Assembly (NCBI GenBank): GCA_900770865.1
Contig: CAAGLU010000323.1
Span: 1 to 41,998 of the forward strand
Direction: 5' to 3'
Source of the DNA: an uncultured Atopobiaceae bacterium
Lineage (GTDB): Bacteria > Actinomycetota > Coriobacteriia > Coriobacteriales > Atopobiaceae
DNA length: 41,998 bases
Within the stretch, counting starts at the first letter, position 1. Every line of letters starts with the position of its first letter. Shown one piece after another: positions 33,725 to 41,998 of this stretch. The notes beneath the pieces are model-generated. The model had not been told where the DNA came from and ran no database searches. It saw nothing but the letters and a program-made list of their open reading frames with translations. The position numbers and the translations under genes are program-made.

Positions 33725-36547
33725 ATGACTGACTACTACAACCACGACTCGACAACGACCACGTCTGAGCACAGGATATGGGTTGACGCGGTGATAGAGG
33801 CGTCCGACAGCGACAAGTGCACTGTCGGCGTCTACTCGATGTGCCACGCCAACTCCAACGAGCAGGGTTGGGTGGCAACGTACGTCCACGACTGGCAGGA
33901 GTCATGGCCGAACGACTGGACGCGCATAGGCTCCAACTTCATGGCTCCGCCAGGTGGCAGCGACTGCACCATGACGTACACCAAGAGCACGCAGCCTCGC
34001 CGATACGACGGTGACCGCTACGTGATGTACCACATCCAGTACCAGCGCAACGGCACCATCGACACCGCCACCAAGACGCTCAGGATTCCCAGGATTCCCT
34101 ACGAGGCCCCGAGGGCACCGAGGGACCCGTACGTCCTCTACGAGTCGGACACGAGCGTACTGGTGGCATGGACGCGCGACTCTGACGGCGCTAACGAGAA
34201 GCAGTACTGGCAGAACGTCATCATCTACCGCAGCACGGACGGCGGCGGGTACTCGCGCGTCGCGACGGTCGACGGCAGCGCCTCGTCCTGGCGCGACTAC
34301 ACCGTGAGCGCTGGGCACGTCTACGCCTACATGGTGGCGAGCGCTAACAGCAGGGGCGAGACAAGGGCGAACACTGGTAGCGACCTCCTTGTGACCACCA
34401 CACCGGCGCCGCCAACGCGCATCGCAATCGAGCCGGACGGCAACGGCTACAAGCTGTTCGTCTACTTCGACAACAGCAACCGCGCACGCATCGACGCGAT
34501 TGACAACATCGAGGTGTACCAGCAGGTCGACGGGGGCACGTGGGAGCATGCCTCGTCCGCAAGCCCGGACTCACGGTTCGTGGACGGCTACATCGAGCCT
34601 AGCAGCTCGACCTCGGAGAACCACAGGTACCGCTGGTACGCGGTGACCTCGGCAACCACGCCGGTGCAGCACGACGTTCCTGTTGGCGGGAGCAAGACGC
34701 TCGTCTCGGAGCGCCTCTACACCGACTACTACCGCACGAAGCCCACCGCCCCAACGTCGCTCCTGGCGTCTCGGGAGTCAGACACGCGCATGAACCTATC
34801 GTGGGCGCTCGGCTCTAACGCCTCCAACACGTACGGAGGCATCTCAATCCAGCGCAGCGACGATGGCGGTGACTACGTCGATGTCGCGAGCGTCGCAGCG
34901 ACGGCAACCGCCTGGTCCGACACGACCGTGAGCGCAGGTCACACCTACAAGTACCGCATTGCGGCGTACAACGAGGCTGGCGCGTCTGACTGGGTCGCGT
35001 CCGGTGACCTGTCGACGGCACCGAGCGCGCCGACTTTAGTAACGACGCAGACCATATCGCAGGTCATCGTCTCGGTGGACGCGACAGGCACGCTCGGCAG
35101 CGTGACCGGCTACGAGCTGCAGCACAGGGTGGGCACTGACGGCACGTGGGGTGACACGAAGAAGGCAACGACGCTGCCGGTGGACATGCCAGCCGCTGAC
35201 GGCGCCAACTACTACCGCGTGCGCGCGTACCGCAACGACCTCGTCTCTGACTGGGCGATGAGCGCTCCGGTGTACACGCTGCTCTCGCCGCTCGCGCCCA
35301 CCATCATCGACATGCGGAACGTCTACGCAGTCGGAGGCTCGTGCAGCGTCAAGTGGCGCATCAATCACCCGGACGGCTCCGCGCAGGCCTCCGCGCAGGT
35401 CGAGGTCACTACGCCTGACGGCAAGGCCACGGTGGCAACGGTCGACGGAACCGCGCAGGCGTACCAGATAACCGGACTCGCGGAGGGCACGTACCACGTC
35501 CGCGTGCGCACACATGGGGCGTACAAGGACTACGGAGATTGGTCCGGGTTCGCGACGTTCTCAGTGCACAGCGCGCCCGTCGTTGCCGTGACAACGCCTG
35601 CGTCTGGCGGGACCGTCTCCACGGTGCCGCTGCGGTTCGAGTGGTCCGTCACCGACCCCACGGGTGACATGGCGCAGTCGGTCACCGTCACCACCGAGGC
35701 TGGAAAGGCGGTTGCCCAGGCCGAGGTGGAGCCGGGGGTGCGCTCGTACGACCTCTACCCTCCGTCAGGGATGCCCGCGAACGGCTCGAAGTACGTGTTC
35801 GAGGTCACAGTCACCGGAGGCTCTACGCTATCGTCCTCCGCCTCCGTGCCGTTCGTGTTCCAGTGCACGTCACCTGCGGCGCCAGTCGCGTCCGTTACCA
35901 TCGACAGCGGCCTCTCGTGCCACGTGTACGTGAGGCCCGGCACCACCGATGGCGCGGTTGCCACCGAGAGCATCAGCATCGAGCGCGTGATGTCTGACGG
36001 GTCTGCATCGGTCATCGCGGACGGGATGGTAGGCTCGCAGGAGGCCATCGACAAGCTGCCGCCGCTCAACACCAGGTTTACATATGAGGTCGTGGCACAT
36101 GCGGCCTCTGGTGCCGAGGCGCGAACGATGGTTTCCACCGTGGTCGACTCTGACGGCATGGAGGCGTTCAACTTCGGGCCTTACGCCTCGACGTGCCTGC
36201 GCCTGGGGTTCAACACATCAGCCAGCGACAAGATAGAGCACAACGGGGAGACGTTCCACTTCGCTACCGGCAGGGACGCTGCCGCGTTCCCTACCTTCTA
36301 CCCGGAGTGGACCATGGAATCAGCGGGTTCGCGCTCGTACCTCATCGTGGACGTTGACCAGTACCGGCAGGTGCGCGACGTGGCACGCACGCCATCGAAC
36401 TCGGTGTGCTGGTTCCGCGACTACTGGGGAGGGTGCCACCGCGTCAAGGCCAGCTGGTCGCTCGGCTACTCGTCGGAGAAGTGGAGCCAGTGGGACGTGT
36501 CGGTGGACCTCACCGAGGTCGAGTGGGAGGAGCCTCTGAATGGATAG
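33725..36547 (+). CDS. Fibronectin type III repeat tail protein (possibly an evolved Dit)
   Basis: Repeated FN3-like units (VLVAW...IYRSTDGG...WRDYTV...YAYMVASANSRG; LSW...YKYRIAAYNEAG); directly follows the tape measure. Confidence 0.85.
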   Translation: MTDYYNHDSTTTTSEHRIWVDAVIEASDSDKCTVGVYSMCHANSNEQGWVATYVHDWQESWPNDWTRIGSNFMAPPGGSDCTMTYTKSTQPRRYDGDRYVMYHIQYQRNGTIDTATKTLRIPRIPYEAPRAPRDPYVLYESDTSVLVAWTRDSDGANEKQYWQNVIIYRSTDGGGYSRVATVDGSASSWRDYTVSAGHVYAYMVASANSRGETRANTGSDLLVTTTPAPPTRIAIEPDGNGYKLFVYFDNSNRARIDAIDNIEVYQQVDGGTWEHASSASPDSRFVDGYIEPSSSTSENHRYRWYAVTSATTPVQHDVPVGGSKTLVSERLYTDYYRTKPTAPTSLLASRESDTRMNLSWALGSNASNTYGGISIQRSDDGGDYVDVASVAATATAWSDTTVSAGHTYKYRIAAYNEAGASDWVASGDLSTAPSAPTLVTTQTISQVIVSVDATGTLGSVTGYELQHRVGTDGTWGDTKKATTLPVDMPAADGANYYRVRAYRNDLVSDWAMSAPVYTLLSPLAPTIIDMRNVYAVGGSCSVKWRINHPDGSAQASAQVEVTTPDGKATVATVDGTAQAYQITGLAEGTYHVRVRTHGAYKDYGDWSGFATFSVHSAPVVAVTTPASGGTVSTVPLRFEWSVTDPTGDMAQSVTVTTEAGKAVAQAEVEPGVRSYDLYPPSGMPANGSKYVFEVTVTGGSTLSSSASVPFVFQCTSPAAPVASVTIDSGLSCHVYVRPGTTDGAVATESISIERVMSDGSASVIADGMVGSQEAIDKLPPLNTRFTYEVVAHAASGAEARTMVSTVVDSDGMEAFNFGPYASTCLRLGFNTSASDKIEHNGETFHFATGRDAAAFPTFYPEWTMESAGSRSYLIVDVDQYRQVRDVARTPSNSVCWFRDYWGGCHRVKASWSLGYSSEKWSQWDVSVDLTEVEWEEPLNG

Positions 36548-37667
36548 CTCCTACTGGGGAAAGTGGATATCGCAGACCTCATACCGGTTCGTGAGGGTGT
36601 CGCGCTCTACAGGCTACGAGCTTGAGAACGTTCGTGTGCTATCGGGTGGCACCATCACAAGGAACGATGACACGCGCATCAAGGAGAGCGCAGAGGCCAC
36701 GATGATGGAGCCGTACGACTTCGGCCCAGACTTCGTGCGCGTATACCTCGACGCCAGGTGGCCGGACGGGACCATGGCATCAGAGCCTCTGGGGACGTTC
36801 CTCCCCGTGGTCCCGTCGCGCTCGATAGAGGGCGCGGCCTCGTCATACTCGCTCAAGATGTACGGCCTCCTGCAGGAGCTGCTCGATGACAAGTTCGCGC
36901 AGCCATACACCGTGTCCAAGGGAGAGAACGCGGTTGACGTGGCGCGCAGCGTGTGCGAGGGAGCTGGCCTTACCGTCATTGCCGATGACTCCGCCTACAC
37001 CGTAACCAAGATGAGGGCATACGGAGTCGGCGTTGAGCAGAACAACTCAGAGGTTGGTGACACCAAGCTCGACATGGTCAACGACCTGCTGAGCCTCGCC
37101 GGGTTCCGCGCCGCGTACACTGACGTGCTGGGGCGCGTACGCTTCGAGCGCTACCGAGACCCGGCAGACATCGCGCCAGCATGGGACTTCGAGGAGGGCA
37201 GGAACGCCCGCTTCGAGTCCGACATGACTGACGAGTTCGACTACACCACGGCGGCGAACCACGTCGTGGTGCGATACGGGAGCCTTGAGGACGGCGATGG
37301 GCGCGTCATCGTGGGCGAGGCGTGGGACAGGGACCCGACGAGCGCGCTATCCACCGTGAGTCGTGGCAGGACCATCACGAACGCCTACACGTACTCCGAG
37401 CTTCCGCCAGGTGACAGCGAGTCTGCCATGCGCGAGTACGCGGACGCGCGCGCCACGTCGCTGCTTAAGACGGCGCAGTCCGTCATCAGGCGCGTGACGT
37501 TCACGCACGCGTACGCTCCGGTCAAGGTCAACGACACGCTCTCGCTCTCGTACCCGACGGGGGACATCGATGGCAAATTCCAGGTTAGGACGCAGACGCT
37601 GAGGCTCGTCGGCGGATGCCCCATCGAGTGCGAGGCCCGCATCTTCCACAGGAGGGTGAATGTCTAG
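36540..37667 (+). CDS. Baseplate hub/Tal-like tail protein
   Basis: PLGTFLP, DTKLDMVNDLLSLAGF, ANHVVV, STVSRGRTI; position after the Dit-like gene. Confidence 0.7.
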   Translation: MDSSYWGKWISQTSYRFVRVSRSTGYELENVRVLSGGTITRNDDTRIKESAEATMMEPYDFGPDFVRVYLDARWPDGTMASEPLGTFLPVVPSRSIEGAASSYSLKMYGLLQELLDDKFAQPYTVSKGENAVDVARSVCEGAGLTVIADDSAYTVTKMRAYGVGVEQNNSEVGDTKLDMVNDLLSLAGFRAAYTDVLGRVRFERYRDPADIAPAWDFEEGRNARFESDMTDEFDYTTAANHVVVRYGSLEDGDGRVIVGEAWDRDPTSALSTVSRGRTITNAYTYSELPPGDSESAMREYADARATSLLKTAQSVIRRVTFTHAYAPVKVNDTLSLSYPTGDIDGKFQVRTQTLRLVGGCPIECEARIFHRRVNV

Positions 37668-38379
37668 CGAGGAGCTGTCACGCGAGGATAGCCGACAGAT
37701 GCGCGACCTTGGCCGCAAGGCCATGGCGCAGGTCGCTGGCGTGGCCCTACGGCAGGCCGTCTCGCACGACCTGCGGCGGATATTCGCCGTCGTGTCCAAG
37801 GTCAACGGTGACGGAACCGTCGACCTTGAGTGCGGCTCCGAGGAGACGCCGATGCCGCTGGACGGCGTGAGGCTCACGCTCGGGTGCTCGACCGTCGAGG
37901 TCGGTGACACGGTCGTTGTCGACGTGTACGACCACTCCCCGCTCGTCGTGGCGGTGCTCTACTCCAACGCGTCCAGCGGGCACACAGTTGCTAGCAAGCC
38001 AGCCGTCGACAGGGCCAACGAGGCGGCTTCGAGCGCAAAGGAGGCGTCCGACGCCGCGCTTGAGGAGACCCGCGACCTCGTCACCCTGCGGATTGACAGC
38101 AGCAGGGGGACCGTATTCAAGAACTCAGAGGTGTCCACAGTCCTCAAGGTCCACTGCTACAAGCGCGGCAAGGAGCTTACGACGCTCTCAGAGCTGCGCG
38201 ACGCGATGGGTGACCAGACGGTGCGCATCCGGTGGTGCGTGCTCCGCGCCGGGGACTCTGACTGGGTCGCGCTCGCGGACTCTGACCCAAAGCTCTCGCC
38301 GGACGGCACCGCGCTCACGCTCAAGCCGTCTGACATCGACGTGAAGTGCACGTTCAAGGCCGAAGTAGTTTCTGACTAA
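37660..38379 (+). CDS. Tail tip protein
   Basis: OB-fold-like N-terminus (VVSKVNGDGTVDL...VGDTVVV) and a TLRIDSSRGTVFKN domain. Confidence 0.65.
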   Translation: MSSEELSREDSRQMRDLGRKAMAQVAGVALRQAVSHDLRRIFAVVSKVNGDGTVDLECGSEETPMPLDGVRLTLGCSTVEVGDTVVVDVYDHSPLVVAVLYSNASSGHTVASKPAVDRANEAASSAKEASDAALEETRDLVTLRIDSSRGTVFKNSEVSTVLKVHCYKRGKELTTLSELRDAMGDQTVRIRWCVLRAGDSDWVALADSDPKLSPDGTALTLKPSDIDVKCTFKAEVVSD

Positions 38380-38389
38380 GGAGAGGACA

Positions 38390-39082
38390 ATGGCTGTAAA
38401 GGCTGCTGACCAGGTATCAATCGTGGACGTCACCGACGCGTACAGCGTCATCCTGACGAGCGAGGCGTACACGTTCCCAGGGACCGCCACCGCCGCCAAG
38501 GCGGGAAGCTGCACGACGCAGGTGATGTGCATGCAGGGCGGCTCGGAGGTGGGGTTCAAGGTCGGCACAATCACGTGCCCCACAGGCGTTTCGGCGAGCG
38601 TCGGCACGGACGGCAAGACCATCACAATCACCGTCTCAGGCTCGATGACCGCAGCCGGTGACGTTCTCATCCCAATCACCATCAACGGCACTGACGTGAC
38701 AATCACCAAGCGCTTCTCGTGCGCCATCGCGCTCACCGGTGCAAAGGGTGACAAGGGGGAGACCGGAGCGCCTGGGCAGAAGGGGGAGACCGGAGCGCCT
38801 GGGCAGAAGGGGGAGACCGGAGCGCCTGGCGCTGACGCAATAACGATGGCAATCACCACGAACAACGGCACTATCTTCAAGAACAGCTCGGGGACCACGA
38901 CGCTCACGGCGCACGTCTATCGTTCCGGGGCCGAGCTTTCGTCCTCGCAGATTGCGCAGCTCGGCACCATCAGGTGGTACAAGGACTCCGGAACGACCGC
39001 GATTGGCACCGGTGCAACGCTCTCGGTGTCCGCCGCATCCGTCGACTCCAAGGCCGTCTACACCGCCAGGTTGGAGGCATGA
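38390..39082 (+). CDS. Collagen-repeat tail fibre/collar protein
   Basis: GAKGDKGETGAPGQKGETGAPGQKGETGAPGADA; ITTNNGTIFKN domain paralogous to the previous gene. Confidence 0.8.
   Translation: MAVKAADQVSIVDVTDAYSVILTSEAYTFPGTATAAKAGSCTTQVMCMQGGSEVGFKVGTITCPTGVSASVGTDGKTITITVSGSMTAAGDVLIPITINGTDVTITKRFSCAIALTGAKGDKGETGAPGQKGETGAPGQKGETGAPGADAITMAITTNNGTIFKNSSGTTTLTAHVYRSGAELSSSQIAQLGTIRWYKDSGTTAIGTGATLSVSAASVDSKAVYTARLEA
38753..38829 (+). repeat. Perfect 27-bp tandem repeat (about 2.9 copies) encoding KGETGAPGQ
   Basis: AAGGGGGAGACCGGAGCGCCTGGGCAG at 38753 and 38780, partial copy at 38807. Confidence 0.95.
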
Positions 39083-39612
39083 TGGCGCAGACGTTTCGGT
39101 ACCCGAACCTGCTGGACGTGAGCGCCGGGCACGCCGTTTTGGCGGCGGGGAGAATCGGTGACATACCGTCGGTTGTCTGCCATGGCGACCCAGTAGTCGG
39201 TGACTACTACCGAGTAATCCCCGAGCAGGACCTCACCTCATGGTCGTTCGTGAACATCACTGACGTGTCGGCCGCAGGTGACGTGCCAGTGGGCACGCGG
39301 ATGGCGATATCGCTTCTCATGCGCGTCGGTGGCGAGCCCTACCACGCCTATCCGAACCTTCTCCTCGGGCAAGGCATCGACGGCCTCCTTGGCAGCATCG
39401 CCTACTCCCACGAGGACGTCGGGGGGGGGTGGTCGATGTGCATTACCACCGGGGTGCGCACAAGCATGGCGTACAAGGGACAGATTTTCTATGCCGCTAC
39501 GTCGTCGCTCAAGCCGAAGGCCGGAACAACCATCGACTTTGCTCAGCCCATGGTCTGCGTCGCCGACGAGCCTCACGCATGGGCGCCAGCGGCAGGGGAG
39601 GTGTGGCCGTAG
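39079..39612 (+). CDS. Tail-associated carbohydrate-binding-like module protein with an internal G9 tract
   Basis: YPNLLD at the N-terminus and QPMVCVADEPHAWAPAAGE at the C-terminus; GGAGG RBS and ATGA overlap. Confidence 0.7.
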   Translation: MMAQTFRYPNLLDVSAGHAVLAAGRIGDIPSVVCHGDPVVGDYYRVIPEQDLTSWSFVNITDVSAAGDVPVGTRMAISLLMRVGGEPYHAYPNLLLGQGIDGLLGSIAYSHEDVGGGWSMCITTGVRTSMAYKGQIFYAATSSLKPKAGTTIDFAQPMVCVADEPHAWAPAAGEVWP

Positions 39613-41625
39613 ATGAGTAGCAATCAGATTTGCAACATAATCAGGGCGGAAAACCTGAAGAACCATAGCAGTAATGGCATATCGTGCGAGTGGGACGCGG
39701 ACGGGTGGCTGCACGTCCACGGGACTCAGGTCGGCACGTCTTCCGAGGGCGTCACGAGCAAAAATAAGCCAATCCACCTAGAGGCTGGCAAGTACGTCAT
39801 TTCGGCGGAGGTCGAGGGCGGCGGACTCGGCACATATAATTACGTCTCGGTATGGTCCACGGATAACAGCAAGCGTATAGGCGTAATAATCAACAGCATC
39901 GGTTATTGTGCGCTATCGGCCACTAAGCCAGTAGACATATGCTTGTGGGTCGGAGCTGCTTCCGATGGTCATACGGTGGACTACCGCATGCGCATAATGC
40001 TGGTCGAGGGTGACACTCCCGCCGCGTGGGCACCGTACTCCGGCGAGACGCTTGCGGGGGGGGGTGCTCTCATGAGCGCTAACCTCCTGGACGGCTTGGA
40101 GACGCAGCCCGAGAACGGCACGACCGCCGAGAGCGACGGCATCTGGCACCACGCGGCGAGGACCAAGGCCGACGGCCACGACGACTGGCTCATGTGGGAC
40201 CTTCCCGGCCAGGCCGCACTTGCCACGAACCAGACGTACCACGTGGGGCTGTCCGTAAGGGGCGCGAGCGCGAACGCAAATTCCCTGCACACCACCATCG
40301 GCTACAAGGACGCAGCGGGGAAAGTCAACTGGGCCACCTCGTCAGCCCTCGCCGTCGGCACGTCATGGGGGCGCGCGGAGGCCACCATAGTCGTGCCATC
40401 CGGCATGACGCCCTTCGCCTTCTACGTGGCCGCCTACGGCACCTGTCCCGAGACGTGGATGGCGTCCCCCACGCTCTCGCTAGGCTCGCCGGTGCCGCTG
40501 GCGATTTCGTCAACCACGCTCGCGTGGTCTGCCGGGATTGTCGCGACCACGCGCTACTACAAGCTCGCGAGCGCCACGTCCTCAACGCCTGCCGTGCCAA
40601 CGTCCTCGTCAGCCCTCAACGGCTGGTCCGAGACGGAGCCGACAGCCGACGTGACCAAGGTGATGTGGGTGTGCGAGCGCACCGTCTACGCAGACGGAAC
40701 CGAGAGCTGGTCCAAGGCGAGCAAGAGCACGTCGTACGAAGCCGCCAAGGACGCGAAGAGCGCCGCCAACGCCGCCAAGAACACGGCTGACAGCGCTAAG
40801 AGCGCAGCCGACAACCTCAAGACTCTCATCCACGAGGGCGATGACGGCATCACCGTGGGCAAGAGCACGGACGGAAAGACGTGGTCCACCGGGCGCACGC
40901 GCATGACAGCGGACTCCTACCAGATTCTGGATAAGTTAGGCACGGTCATCACGCAGCTCGCCAGCGATGGCGCGTCGTTCCTCTCGGGACTGGTCAGGAT
41001 TGTCACCGGGAAGGCCACCCTGCCCGGTAACTTGACGGTCAACTCCATCACCATCGACTCCGGGGGCGGCGTGGCGGTCTTGAGGGGGATTGTCTCCCGT
41101 ATCAGCGCCAACTTAAACGGCGTCACGTCGAGCGTGAGCGCCGGATGGGAGCAGGACTTCGGACACGGCGTCACGGCAATCGTGAGAGAGAACGCACACC
41201 TGGAGTCTGGGAAGATGGTACCCGAGCGCATGGCGTCCACGCACCTGGCATCGGACAAGGCCGAGCTGTACGTGGGAGACAACTCCATGAAGGTCACCGG
41301 GGACAGTTTCTCTCTCTCGCACCCGGAGTACCTCCGGAAGGGGCTGCGCATCACGCAGGGCTTGAAGGTGTGCCACGGCCACGGCACGCCGTGGGTGACG
41401 CTCTTCGAGTCATGGAGCGAGTTCCAGTCGACAACCGGCTGCTACGACTCCGGCCTGCCGACCCTGGTCACCATGAACGGCGACTGGGGCGCCTTCGACG
41501 GCTCGTTGAGCGACTGCGAGATTCACGGCGGGGATGCGGTCTTCGTCATGGCGCGGACAACGGGCGGGCCGCACACCCTATACAGCAGCAACAGCGTTCG
41601 CATCAACTGGATATGCATCTGGTAG
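39613..41625 (+). CDS. Putative receptor-binding/tail fibre protein: two CBM-like modules plus fibre stem, fused across a G9 tract
   Basis: Module 2 ends MLVEGDTPAAWAPYSGE; module 3 starts MSANLL at ATG 40072; then TTRYYKL...WSETEP...STSYEAAK coiled coil and a C-terminal VRINWICIW. Confidence 0.75.
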   Translation: MSSNQICNIIRAENLKNHSSNGISCEWDADGWLHVHGTQVGTSSEGVTSKNKPIHLEAGKYVISAEVEGGGLGTYNYVSVWSTDNSKRIGVIINSIGYCALSATKPVDICLWVGAASDGHTVDYRMRIMLVEGDTPAAWAPYSGETLAGGGALMSANLLDGLETQPENGTTAESDGIWHHAARTKADGHDDWLMWDLPGQAALATNQTYHVGLSVRGASANANSLHTTIGYKDAAGKVNWATSSALAVGTSWGRAEATIVVPSGMTPFAFYVAAYGTCPETWMASPTLSLGSPVPLAISSTTLAWSAGIVATTRYYKLASATSSTPAVPTSSSALNGWSETEPTADVTKVMWVCERTVYADGTESWSKASKSTSYEAAKDAKSAANAAKNTADSAKSAADNLKTLIHEGDDGITVGKSTDGKTWSTGRTRMTADSYQILDKLGTVITQLASDGASFLSGLVRIVTGKATLPGNLTVNSITIDSGGGVAVLRGIVSRISANLNGVTSSVSAGWEQDFGHGVTAIVRENAHLESGKMVPERMASTHLASDKAELYVGDNSMKVTGDSFSLSHPEYLRKGLRITQGLKVCHGHGTPWVTLFESWSEFQSTTGCYDSGLPTLVTMNGDWGAFDGSLSDCEIHGGDAVFVMARTTGGPHTLYSSNSVRINWICIW

Positions 41626-41754
41626 GGGGACGTGCCCGCGCCGTGGCGCGAGGCCGCTTGGGCGATAGTGGAGCGCGATACCGAAACGCAAGAAGGTTAG
41701 ACCACTTATATTCCAAAATAGAATATCGTCGCGTCCTTATCGCGGCCATAACTC

Positions 41755-41826
41755 GTTGCACCACAGGTACCCACAGGTACCCACAGACTGAATAGTTGCA
41801 CTACAGATGCCCACATGTATCCACAC
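41755..41826. repeat. Phased 10-bp CCACAGGTAC-type repeats next to attR (probable Int-arm or Xis sites)
   Basis: GTTGCA-CCACAGGTAC-CCACAGGTAC-CCACAG and, 40 bp later, GTTGCA-CTACAGATGC-CCACATGTAT-CCACAC. Confidence 0.7.
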
Positions 41827-41842
41827 GCACGCACGCCGATTA

Positions 41843-41859
41843 ACAAATCTGTAAGCGGC
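41843..41859. repeat. attR core ACAAATCTGTAAGCGGC
   Basis: Exact direct repeat of 1057-1073. Confidence 0.92.
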
Positions 41860-41998
41860 GCTTGCGGCCGTGGTTGGAAGAGGCGAGGAGTACAGAATTC
41901 TCGGCACGTGGCTGTGGTCTGGGTCCCGCAGGGTGAGGCCTGCAGTCCGTTGGCCTAGCGCCTCTCGATTATTGAACGAAATTTCTCGCAGAGAAGAC

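Larger units (their letters stand above)
1057..41859. mobile_element. Complete temperate prophage (siphovirus type, HK97-like head, long tail); predicted excised circle 40,786 bp
   Basis: Flanked by a 17-bp direct repeat, with an integrase next to the left copy and lysogeny, recombination, packaging, head, tail and lysis genes in between. Confidence 0.95.

Noticed and set aside
41145..41795. 216-aa ORF overlapping the fibre 3' end as a possible frameshift product
   Set aside because: Low-complexity alternative-frame composition, no slippery site seen, and the main ORF ends with a typical fibre C-terminus.
37660..41840. Diversity-generating retroelement or invertase shufflon acting on tail fibres
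   Set aside because: No reverse transcriptase or serine invertase ORF, and I saw no TR/VR pair or inverted cassettes.

Overview
The window holds an apparently complete temperate siphovirus-type prophage of about 40.8 kb. It is bounded by a perfect 17-bp direct repeat, ACAAATCTGTAAGCGGC (attL 1057-1073, attR 41843-41859), and is inserted about 150 bp upstream of a host efflux/ABC membrane-fusion-protein gene (1-910, minus strand). High GC and a phage-borne actinobacterial-type IHF point to an actinobacterial host, probably Coriobacteriia (inference). From left to right the prophage carries: a tyrosine integrase, a DEDDh exonuclease-BRCT gene, a CI/Cro switch, an antirepressor, an HNH nuclease, an Xis-like protein, a resolvase, YqaJ/RecT, mIHF, SSB, small Zn-finger genes including Lar, a short initiator with a downstream iteron origin, a leftward accessory operon with a divergent HTH regulator, a cos-like region, terminases, an HK97-type head, a tail tube, a lysis cassette placed inside the tail operon, a frameshifted tail chaperone, a tape measure and tail-tip genes. 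The most notable signals are: (1) a fixed-spacing motif CGGGGGAC-N8-GANNAT found five times ahead of late genes, a candidate phage-specific late promoter; (2) two G9 tracts in tail-tip genes, one at a module junction where loss of one G splits a fusion protein into two ATGA-coupled genes; (3) a 15-bp motif shared by attL, the origin and the cos region in a phage that encodes its own mIHF; (4) a leftward operon with a hairpin before most genes and a type I toxin-like lead peptide; (5) a highly structured region of about 330 nt after cro; (6) an att core that matches a BceR-like response-regulator box. All calls come from reading the sequence and the ORF track; no database searches or folding computations were run.
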